A DNA stretch of 46,956 bases, taken from NCBI GenBank assembly GCA_040255765.1, contig JBDZVP010000004.1:1-46956 (forward strand), read 5' to 3'. The translations under genes were made by a program, and so were the position numbers. This DNA comes from Sphingomonadales bacterium. Lineage in GTDB: Bacteria; Pseudomonadota; Alphaproteobacteria; Sphingomonadales; Sphingomonadaceae. Below are positions 39,857 through 46,956 of the stretch, piece by piece (positions within the stretch are counted from its first letter, which is position 1; each line of letters opens with the position of its first letter). The notes below the pieces were generated by a model. That model had not been told where the DNA came from, did not search any database, and saw nothing but the letters and a program-made list of their open reading frames with translations.

Positions 39857-41478
39857 GGCCGGGCCTCCGGTTTGAGTGGCAAGGTTATCGAAACGTCTGT
39901 TCCGGTTTCACGAGTGGTGAGCATCAGGGTTCCATTGGCCTCGTCGACTCGCTCGCGGAGGGACCAGGGAGTGCCCTCCTTTAGCCGCTCGTTGCCGCTT
40001 CCGTCATTGCCGATGTCGAGCCTAAGGTCGCCCTCGTCGGCGGTTAGCTGGACCGTGATGTGCTTCGCGCGGGCGTGGCGGACGGCATTCGCGACGGCTT
40101 CTCGGATGAGCTGGTGAGTATCGAGGTGAAGCCGCATCGGGACGCTGGTTTCGGGAACTTCGGCCGAGAACAGGCACTGGATGTCCCACTGCATCGCCAG
40201 CCGGGTGCACAGAGCGCGAAGGTCGGCAGCAAGTTTGGGGAGCGGGATGGTCTCGCTCTTGAGCGCACCGATCGCCGACCGAAGCTCCTGCTGCTCGTGC
40301 AAAAGCAGCCGCTTCAGGTCGTTCAGCTCGCGGTCGGGCTGGTCTCCCAACCGCAGGGCGCGGCTGATCGCCTCGATTCGGAAGGTTGCGCCGGCAAGGA
40401 ACTGGACGATGCTGTCGTGCAAATCCCGTGCGAGCGACAATCGCGCCCGGGCGATCGCGCCGTCTTCGACAGCCGCCAGAAGCGCGTGGCGCTGGATTTG
40501 CGCCGCGAGCGCGCTGCCCAACGTTTCGCCGAAATCGATATGGTCGGTGCACAGGCCGGAGATTCCGCCGAGGAGAAGGATACCCTCGCCCGCCGCGGTC
40601 TCGATTGGAACCCCAAGGCCCTCCTCGATGCCATGCTTGCGGGCGATTTCGGAATCAACCAGCGAGTCAGCCGTGGCGAAACGCATTCGCCGGTGCAGGC
40701 CCCTGCAGATCCCGCGATTGCGCCGGATATCGAAAAGGACCGGCCCCCGTTCGATCTTGACCGAACGGGATGGCAAGGCGGTGGTGCTGGTCTCGATGCC
40801 TTTCCTCGCGATCGCGAGCCAATGCTCGCTTCCGCGGCCGCGCCAAATCAGAAGCGCGCTCGAGGCTCCCGCGACCGCCGTCGCGCCTTCGATTGCGCTG
40901 TCGAGCGGCGACTCGCCTGGCGAAACGTCGCGAAGCAAGTCGTCTTTCAACGACCGAAGGCCCGAAAATCCGTGGTTCACCCCGAACCAGATCAGGACAA
41001 CGGAGAGGACGACGAGGTTGCCTGCCCTGATAATGAATCGCTGCAGGTCGAAATTGCCGCCGTGATCGGTTCCCGCAACCAGGCCCGCAGCGACATAGAG
41101 CAAGGTCACCGGGACCGCCGTCAACGTCGTCTCGCGCCATCCCCATCGGATCGCCGCCGACAGCACGAGGAACACGAAAAAGACGAAAAAGGGGCTGGTG
41201 TAACCGTCGCTTGTGAGCACCAGCAAGGTGAAGGCGAGTATATCCACGACCTGCATCGGCGCCGCGAGCCGGGCATCGAGCCACCAATTGTCCCAGGTCA
41301 GTACGGCGACGAGCGCGGCCGCGACGACGTAAGTTGCGAGGACTGCATAGGTTGCCACCGCGGCCGTTGCCGGCTGGCTCGGGTCGATCCAGATCGCGAA
41401 CAGGAAAACCGCGGCGAGAACTGCGCGAGCAAGCGCGATCACGCGGCCGGACCGATGTTTCAGTACGTCGTCGAACAC
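39853..41478 (-). CDS. Membrane sensor histidine kinase, HisKA_3 type
   Basis: About 6 TM segments, GAF-like linker, ARDLHD, EAVANAVRHA; stop overlaps the regulator start; start codon uncertain (41478 or 41499). Confidence 0.9.
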   Translation of the reverse strand: MFDDVLKHRSGRVIALARAVLAAVFLFAIWIDPSQPATAAVATYAVLATYVVAAALVAVLTWDNWWLDARLAAPMQVVDILAFTLLVLTSDGYTSPFFVFFVFLVLSAAIRWGWRETTLTAVPVTLLYVAAGLVAGTDHGGNFDLQRFIIRAGNLVVLSVVLIWFGVNHGFSGLRSLKDDLLRDVSPGESPLDSAIEGATAVAGASSALLIWRGRGSEHWLAIARKGIETSTTALPSRSVKIERGPVLFDIRRNRGICRGLHRRMRFATADSLVDSEIARKHGIEEGLGVPIETAAGEGILLLGGISGLCTDHIDFGETLGSALAAQIQRHALLAAVEDGAIARARLSLARDLHDSIVQFLAGATFRIEAISRALRLGDQPDRELNDLKRLLLHEQQELRSAIGALKSETIPLPKLAADLRALCTRLAMQWDIQCLFSAEVPETSVPMRLHLDTHQLIREAVANAVRHARAKHITVQLTADEGDLRLDIGNDGSGNERLKEGTPWSLRERVDEANGTLMLTTRETGTDVSITLPLKPEARP

Positions 41479-41563
41479 CGGCCCCGGACCCCCGAGCAAA
41501 CCTGCTGCTAACTTGCGATATAGCAGCCGCCACTAGGATACGGGAAGTCGGACAGTGAACAGT

Positions 41564-42124
41564 TCACGCCGCCAGTATCTCTACGGGCTCCACGGTCCTG
41601 CCGGCCTGCGCTGAGCAGAGCTGAAGCCGATACAGCCGGGCGGGGACCTGCTCGCCGCGCGCACAGCACAGCCGAGGGGCGACAATGCCGGTCGCACTGA
41701 AGCCGAGCTTTTCGAGCACCCGGCCGGATGCCGGATTGTCGATGAAGTGCGACGCTTCGAGCGCCGGCAGCCGCAGCGTTCGCGCGATGTCCACGAGAGC
41801 AGCGCAGGCCTCCGACGCGATCCCCCGGCCCCAATGCGCCCGCGCGATCCAGTAGCCGAGCTCCACCGCGCCCGACGGCCGGCGGCCGAGGCCGCAGGCG
41901 CCGACCAGCCGGGGCGAGCTTTCGGTACGCTCGAGGATGAGGAGCGAGGGGAGCACGGGATCGCGGGGTGCCGCGAGGAAAGCCTCCGCATCGCGCAGGC
42001 TGTACGGCCATGGGGCGGTCGCCAGGTTTCGTGCGATCGCCTGGTGGCCGATGGCCTGCGCGACCGCGGGCGCATCTTCCGGAAAGCCGGGCCTCAGCAA
42101 CAGGCGTTCGGTTCTCGCGAACAT
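41564..42124 (-). CDS. RimJ/RimL family GNAT acetyltransferase
   Basis: RTERLLLR, ELGYWI..HWGRG.ASEA, NPASGRVLEKLGF; usual position after rpmA. Confidence 0.9.
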   Translation of the reverse strand: MFARTERLLLRPGFPEDAPAVAQAIGHQAIARNLATAPWPYSLRDAEAFLAAPRDPVLPSLLILERTESSPRLVGACGLGRRPSGAVELGYWIARAHWGRGIASEACAALVDIARTLRLPALEASHFIDNPASGRVLEKLGFSATGIVAPRLCCARGEQVPARLYRLQLCSAQAGRTVEPVEILAA

Positions 42125-42181
42125 CGTCTGGCTCCTCCCGCGCGCCCTTACGGACGGCGCGTTACAGTTTCGGGAGAAGGC

Positions 42182-42219
42182 AAAAGAAAAGGGGACTGCC
42201 CCTTCCGGGGCGTCCCCTT
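42182..42219 (-). terminator. Rho-independent terminator after rplU-rpmA
   Basis: Minus strand GGGGACGCCCC-GGAA-GGGGCAGTCCCC followed by TTTTCTTTT. Confidence 0.85.
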
Positions 42220-42293
42220 CTCCCTTTGTGGATTTCGATCTTCGATCTCGTCCGGGCCGCCCCTTCAAGGGAACGGCCTGTCAGTGACCGTTC

Positions 42294-42560
42294 CTATTTG
42301 TCCTCGTTCGCCGGCATGACGTGCACATATTTGCGGCCGAGCTTGCCGTCTCGGAACGCGACCGTGCCGTCGGTAAGCGCAAAGAGGGTGTGATCCTTGC
42401 CGATTCCGACGTTGGTGCCCGGGTGCCACTTGGTCCCGCGCTGGCGCACGATAATGTTGCCGGCGCGAGCCGACTGGCTGCCGAACAGCTTCACGCCGAG
42501 GCGCTTGCTTTCACTGTCGCGGCCGTTGCGGGACGAACCGCCTGCTTTCTTATGTGCCAT
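42294..42560 (-). CDS. rpmA: 50S ribosomal protein L27
   Basis: [16 protein letters not shown]...RQRGT. Confidence 0.99.
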   Translation of the reverse strand: MAHKKAGGSSRNGRDSESKRLGVKLFGSQSARAGNIIVRQRGTKWHPGTNVGIGKDHTLFALTDGTVAFRDGKLGRKYVHVMPANEDK

Positions 42561-42578
42561 GACGAAATAGTGTCCTGA

Positions 42579-43115
42579 TTACTTGCCCTTGGGGGCCTTC
42601 TTGGAGCCGCCCTTAGCAGGTGCAGCATTTTTTGTCGACGGCGCTTTGGCCTTCGGGGCGGCAGCCTTTTCAGCCTTCGCCGGAGCAGCCTTCTGCTCGG
42701 CCTTCGGCTTCTCTGCCTTGGGCGCGGTCGTCGCGGCCTCGGTCTTTGCAGGAGCCGGAGCCTTTTCGGCCTTCGGCGCTTCAGCCTTGGCCGGCTTCGC
42801 CTTCTTCTCGGCCTTGTGGTCGCCGACGGCGGTGATCCTCAGGATCGTGTGCTGTTGGCGGTGGCCCTTCTTGCGGCGATAATTGTGGCGGCGGCGCTTC
42901 TTGAAGACGGTGACTTTCTCGCCCTTGGCCTGGGCAATGATTTCGGCCGAAACGGTCAGGCCATCGGTCTTCTTGAGCTCCGACCCCTCGCCGGCGAGGA
43001 GGACGTCGCCCAAGGTGACAGTGTCACCGGCGTTTCCGTCCAGCTTCTCGACGACGATCTTGTCTCCGGGGGCGACGCGGTACTGCTTGCCGCCCGTGCG
43101 CACGACTGCGAACAT
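42579..43115 (-). CDS. rplU: 50S ribosomal protein L21 with K/A/P-rich tail
   Basis: [28 protein letters not shown]. Confidence 0.98.
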   Translation of the reverse strand: MFAVVRTGGKQYRVAPGDKIVVEKLDGNAGDTVTLGDVLLAGEGSELKKTDGLTVSAEIIAQAKGEKVTVFKKRRRHNYRRKKGHRQQHTILRITAVGDHKAEKKAKPAKAEAPKAEKAPAPAKTEAATTAPKAEKPKAEQKAAPAKAEKAAAPKAKAPSTKNAAPAKGGSKKAPKGK

Positions 43116-43201
43116 TGGCTTCTCTTCTGTGCTTGTGGCGCGCGTCCAAACAGGGGTCGCGCGAAAGCGAGCCGCCTATGGCAGCGGTTCGCGGCTGTCA
43201 A

Positions 43202-43576
43202 CTAATGCCTGTGTTCCGGCCTCAAGCGGTACCGCTCGCCGTCGAAGCTATCGAACATGGCGTCGATGGCCGGGTGGTCGATCGGCTCATCGGTCTCGTC
43301 GTGGACCAGGTTCTGCTGGCTCACATAAGCGACGTAGCTCGCGTCCGAATTCTCGGCGAGAAGGTGATAGAAGGGCTGGTCCTTGGGCGGCCGCATCGGT
43401 TCGGGAATCGCCTCGTACCATTCTTCGCTGTTGGCGAACTCCGGGTCGACGTCGAAAATGACTCCGCGAAAGTCGAGCAGCCGATGCCGGACCACCTCGC
43501 CGATGGCGAAGCGAGCGAGGGGCATCGGAATGGAGCGACCGGTAGCCATGCCGGCTGAACGAAGAATGTCGGACAT
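43202..43576 (-). CDS. hspQ: Heat shock protein HspQ (YccV-like)
   Basis: F.IGEVVRH, RGVIFDVDP, QPFYHL, YVSQQNL; start codon uncertain. Confidence 0.9.
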   Translation of the reverse strand: MSDILRSAGMATGRSIPMPLARFAIGEVVRHRLLDFRGVIFDVDPEFANSEEWYEAIPEPMRPPKDQPFYHLLAENSDASYVAYVSQQNLVHDETDEPIDHPAIDAMFDSFDGERYRLRPEHRH

Positions 43577-43682
43577 CGGGTGCAATCTAGGGCGCCGGTC
43601 AGGCTAGGCAAGGGCACATCGCCTTGCTAGACGCGCGCACCGGCCAGCGCCCCAACCCTGGGCGCAGCACCATCTATCATGC

Positions 43683-43772
<90 letters not shown>

Positions 43773-43817
43773 CCATCCGGGAAACTTGCGAGGGCTCAGG
43801 GTCGTTACCGCTCCGTA

Positions 43818-45824
43818 ATGCCCGCCGCTCTTCCGCCCCCCGAACCGCCACGAGCCGAGATTGTCGTGACCGGCAAGGCGCTCCCCGACCCGGCGGCTGC
43901 GCGCGCCTATGACGTCGAGACGGTCGGCCGCGAGCGGCTCGCGAACGCTCCGGCGCACCAGATCGACGAAATCCTGAAGTCGGTTCCCGGGCTGCAGCTG
44001 TTCCGGCGGTCGGACTCGACCAGCGGCCATCCGACCAGCCAAGGCGTGACCCTCCGGGCGCTCGGCGGCAACGCCTCGAGCCGCGCCTTGCTCGTCCTCG
44101 ACGGCGTTCCGCAGTCGGATCCGTTCGGCGGCTGGGTGAACTGGCCCGCTTACGATCCGGCGGGGCTGTCGCAGGTGCGAATCACGCGCGGCGGCGGAAG
44201 CGTCGCCTTCGGTCCCGGAGCGCTGGCCGGGGTCATCGACATGAGCAGCCTCGCCGAGCCGGGGATGAACGCGTCCATCGAAGCCGGTAGCCGCGAGTCC
44301 GTCGACGGTCATGTCTACGCGGGTGTGGAAACCGGCGGCGGATTGCTCGCGCTCGACGCCCAGGGCGCGCGAAGCGACGGTTTCATTCCGCTCACCAAGG
44401 CGACGCGCGGGCCAGTCGATCGGGCATCGCCGTACAAGGAGGGCAGTTTCCGTGCGCGCTGGATCGCTCCGGTCGCGCAAGGCGTCGAATTGCAGGCGAG
44501 CGGGCTTGGCTTCGTCGATGTCCGCAATCGCGGAGTGCCGTTCACCGGGAACCGGACGCGGGGAGCCGATGCGTCCCTTCGGCTGGTCGGAAGCGGACGC
44601 TGGCAATGGGCGGCAACCGCTTACGGCCAGTGGCGCAACTTCCGAAGCAGCTTTGCGAGCGTCAACGACGAGCGAACCGAGGCGAACCGCGTCGCGCTTC
44701 AGGATTCGGTGCCATCGCGGGGGCTCGGCGGGAGCATCGAGGTGCGCCCGCCAGTCGGCGGCGGGTTCGAACTTCGCCTTGGCGGCGACGCGCGCTTCAC
44801 CAGCGGCGAGACTCGCGAGCTCGCAACCTATGTGGCGGGAGAGCCGACCAAGCGGCGGATCGCGGGGGGAGAAACCGCGACGCAGGGCCTGTTCGCCGAG
44901 GCCACCTGGACCGGCGGATCGCTAATTTTGAGTGGTGGCGCACGGCTCGACCATTGGAGCATCGCGGACGGCAAGCTCGTCGAGAGCGCGATCGCGACGG
45001 GCGCGGTTACCCGCGACGACCGGTTTGCGAGCCGGAGCGGCTGGCGCCCGACGGCCAGGGCCGGTGCGGTCTTCGATGCCGGAAACGGCCTCAGCCTTCG
45101 CTCCGCGGCCTATCTCGGTTGGCGCATGCCGACGCTCAACGAGCTGTTCCGTCCCTTCCGGGCTGGTGCGGATGCGACGGCCGCCAACCCGCTGCTCGAT
45201 CCCGAGCGATTGTCCGGAGCCGAAGCGGGCGTTCGCTACCATCGCGAAGGGCTGGAGCTGGAGCTGACCGGTTTCGTCAATCGCCTTTCGGGCGCGATTG
45301 CCAACGTGACGCTTGGCCACGGACCAGGCGTCTTTCCCGGCGTCGGCTTCGTCGCCGGCGGTTTCAGCCAGCGGCGGAACCTCGATGCGGTGAAGGTTCG
45401 CGGTGTCGAAGCCTCGGCCCAGTTCAACCGCGGTCCGTGGACCCTGCGCGCCGGCGCCAGCTTCAGTCACGCCCGGGTCGAGGCCAATAGCGAGGCGGCC
45501 GCTCTCGACGGCCTCCGACCGGCGCAGACGCCGAACCTTGTGCTGACAGGCGAAGTCGGCTGGCACGACGGTGGAAAGGCGGTCTCGCTGCTGCTGCGCC
45601 GGACCGGAGCGCAGTTCGAGGACGACCTCAACACGCAGCGGATTCGTCCCGCGACGACCATCGACGCGTTCGCCGCCTGGCCGCTGTCGCGCCGCCTGCA
45701 ACTTGTCGCGCGGGCGCAAAACCTACTCGACGAAACCGTGATCGCGACTCTCGGGAGCGACGGGACGATCGAGCGGGCGACGCCGCGAACGCTGTGGATC
45801 GGCCTTCGGTTCGGCGGCTTTTAA
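43818..45824 (+). CDS. TonB-dependent receptor (no visible signal peptide)
   Basis: EIVVTG TonB box, plug LRALGG..RALLVLDGVP, PTLNEL.RPF, NLLD, C-terminal F. Confidence 0.85.
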   Translation: MPAALPPPEPPRAEIVVTGKALPDPAAARAYDVETVGRERLANAPAHQIDEILKSVPGLQLFRRSDSTSGHPTSQGVTLRALGGNASSRALLVLDGVPQSDPFGGWVNWPAYDPAGLSQVRITRGGGSVAFGPGALAGVIDMSSLAEPGMNASIEAGSRESVDGHVYAGVETGGGLLALDAQGARSDGFIPLTKATRGPVDRASPYKEGSFRARWIAPVAQGVELQASGLGFVDVRNRGVPFTGNRTRGADASLRLVGSGRWQWAATAYGQWRNFRSSFASVNDERTEANRVALQDSVPSRGLGGSIEVRPPVGGGFELRLGGDARFTSGETRELATYVAGEPTKRRIAGGETATQGLFAEATWTGGSLILSGGARLDHWSIADGKLVESAIATGAVTRDDRFASRSGWRPTARAGAVFDAGNGLSLRSAAYLGWRMPTLNELFRPFRAGADATAANPLLDPERLSGAEAGVRYHREGLELELTGFVNRLSGAIANVTLGHGPGVFPGVGFVAGGFSQRRNLDAVKVRGVEASAQFNRGPWTLRAGASFSHARVEANSEAAALDGLRPAQTPNLVLTGEVGWHDGGKAVSLLLRRTGAQFEDDLNTQRIRPATTIDAFAAWPLSRRLQLVARAQNLLDETVIATLGSDGTIERATPRTLWIGLRFGGF

Positions 45825-45853
45825 GGCTGTTCGCCTAATTTGCATCAAGCTTG

Positions 45854-45878
45854 TGAACTGCAGTGGAGCCCAAGCGTT
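45854..45878 (+). promoter_or_regulatory. Putative EcfG (general stress sigma) promoter
   Basis: TGAAC-N16-CGTT versus consensus GGAAC-N16/17-CGTT, upstream of the KGG gene. Confidence 0.6.
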
Positions 45879-45933
45879 TGGGGGTCGGTTGGACAGCGGC
45901 GCCTTGCTGCTGGAACCGACGGAGGATGTGCAA

Positions 45934-46086
45934 ATGGCCAATAGCAAAAGCGGATCGTCGAAGCGCGGTTTTGCCGCGATGAGCCCGGAAAAGCAGCGCG
46001 AGATCGCCGCCAAGGGCGGACGCGCGAGCCACGGCGGCGGCCGCCGTCCGAACAGCGCCCGCACTGGCAATCGCTCGGGTCGGTAA
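45934..46086 (+). CDS. KGG-repeat general stress protein
   Basis: RGFAAMSPEKQREIAAKGG; GGAGG SD. Confidence 0.9.
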   Translation: MANSKSGSSKRGFAAMSPEKQREIAAKGGRASHGGGRRPNSARTGNRSGR

Positions 46087-46099
46087 GCAAGCGTAACGA

Positions 46100-46124
46100 G
46101 AAACCGCCGTCCGCCCGCCGCGTT
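46100..46124 (+). promoter_or_regulatory. Putative EcfG promoter of the TonB-like gene
   Basis: GAAAC-N16-CGTT, 11 nt before ATG 46136. Confidence 0.5.
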
Positions 46125-46135
46125 GACGGGCGGAC

Positions 46136-46882
46136 ATGTACCGGACGGACCTCCAGGCAAAAGACAAGGGCGGCGCCATCGCGGCGGTGGTCGCGGTGCA
46201 CGCCGCCCTTCTGGTCATGCTCCTCAGCCTGTCCGGAAAGATGGACGTCACGCGCCCGCAGGACGTGCTTCAAGTCTTCGACGTCAACGAAGTACCGCCG
46301 CCTCTCTCGCAGCCCATCACCAAGCCGGAGCCCCAGCCGCAAAAGCCGAAAGAAAGCGAGGGCTCGGCGAGCCCGGAGAACATCCAGAGCAAGGCGACGG
46401 ATGTCGTCGCGCCGCGACCGGAATTTTCGATGCCGGTGCCGGTGCCGATGACCGCAACGCAGACTCCGAACACAGGCGTCGAAGCGACTCAGGGGGCCTC
46501 GGACGTGGTCGGGCCCGGAACCGGCGCGGGCGGGACTGGCACGGGAACCGGAAGCGGCGGCTCGGGCTCCGGGGCGGGCGGCGGCGGAGGAGGTGGAGCG
46601 GTCAGCCCGCCGCATCTCGCAACGCCGGTGCTTCGGGGACGCGATTTTCCGAGGGAAATGCTCGACCGCTGGCCGCGCGGAGCGACGGTGTTTCTCCGCC
46701 TTAGGGTTGATCCGAGGGGTTTTGTCAGCGAGTGCAACGTCGACCGCGGAACGGGGATCGCTGCAATCGACTCGCAGGTCTGCAACGTGGCGCGCGACAG
46801 GCTTCGCTTCCGCCCAGCGTTGAACCGCGCCGGGGTGCCGGTGGCAGGATGGTTTGGATATGCGCAGCCCGCGCCGCGCTAG
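46136..46882 (+). CDS. Energy transducer TonB family protein
   Basis: TM segment with VH, Pro-rich region, Gly-rich linker, TonB C-terminal domain (F.PA). Confidence 0.85.
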   Translation: MYRTDLQAKDKGGAIAAVVAVHAALLVMLLSLSGKMDVTRPQDVLQVFDVNEVPPPLSQPITKPEPQPQKPKESEGSASPENIQSKATDVVAPRPEFSMPVPVPMTATQTPNTGVEATQGASDVVGPGTGAGGTGTGTGSGGSGSGAGGGGGGGAVSPPHLATPVLRGRDFPREMLDRWPRGATVFLRLRVDPRGFVSECNVDRGTGIAAIDSQVCNVARDRLRFRPALNRAGVPVAGWFGYAQPAPR

Positions 46883-46897
46883 CTCGGAAGGATAAAT

Positions 46898-46956
46898 ATG
46901 ATCGAAGCGGAATGGTGGGATTACGATTCGCCGGACGAGATGGCGGAGGCGGTGGC
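46898..46956 (+). CDS. pgl: N-terminus of probable 6-phosphogluconolactonase (truncated by window edge)
   Basis: AAGGA SD; MIEAEWWDYDSPDEMAEAV resembles sphingomonad Pgl starts; only 19 codons visible. Confidence 0.55.
   Translation, partial: MIEAEWWDYDSPDEMAEAV

Noticed and set aside
42309-42321. GCCGGCATGACG resembling a REP arm
   Set aside because: Lies within rpmA codons and has no partner arm
46510-46600. G-rich repeats as a G-quadruplex or tandem repeat
   Set aside because: They encode the Gly/Thr/Ser linker typical of this TonB subfamily

Overview
GC-rich alphaproteobacterial chromosome segment, very likely Sphingomonadaceae (inferred from gene content and synteny). It is mostly core genome: purH, rpe, rsmB, gpsA, tsaD, hemCD with a Mic60-like gene, purA, serCA, erpA, xth, obgE, rplU-rpmA, hspQ, tRNA-Ser(CGA) and the start of pgl. 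Two regions stand out. (1) A sphingolipid/ceramide cluster at 22.9-34.2 kb: bCerS-like acyltransferase, His-box desaturase/hydroxylase, LptF/G, DAGK-like kinase, CpgC-like gene, spt, a dedicated ACP and cerR, with a hybrid histidine kinase embedded. (2) A ~6.2 kb module at 35.3-41.5 kb lying between the GNAT gene and obgE of the normally contiguous rplU-rpmA-GNAT-obgE block. It encodes a membrane histidine kinase, a NarL/LuxR regulator, an AT-rich operator-like array, a secreted 4-Cys protein of unknown function and a TonB-receptor-like barrel. The barrel gene is flanked on both sides by the same unannotated structured element, which has a 25/27-nt conserved core and a hairpin with two compensatory base-pair swaps. 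That element and its module are the best candidate for an undescribed system. All calls come from reading the sequence; no searches were run.
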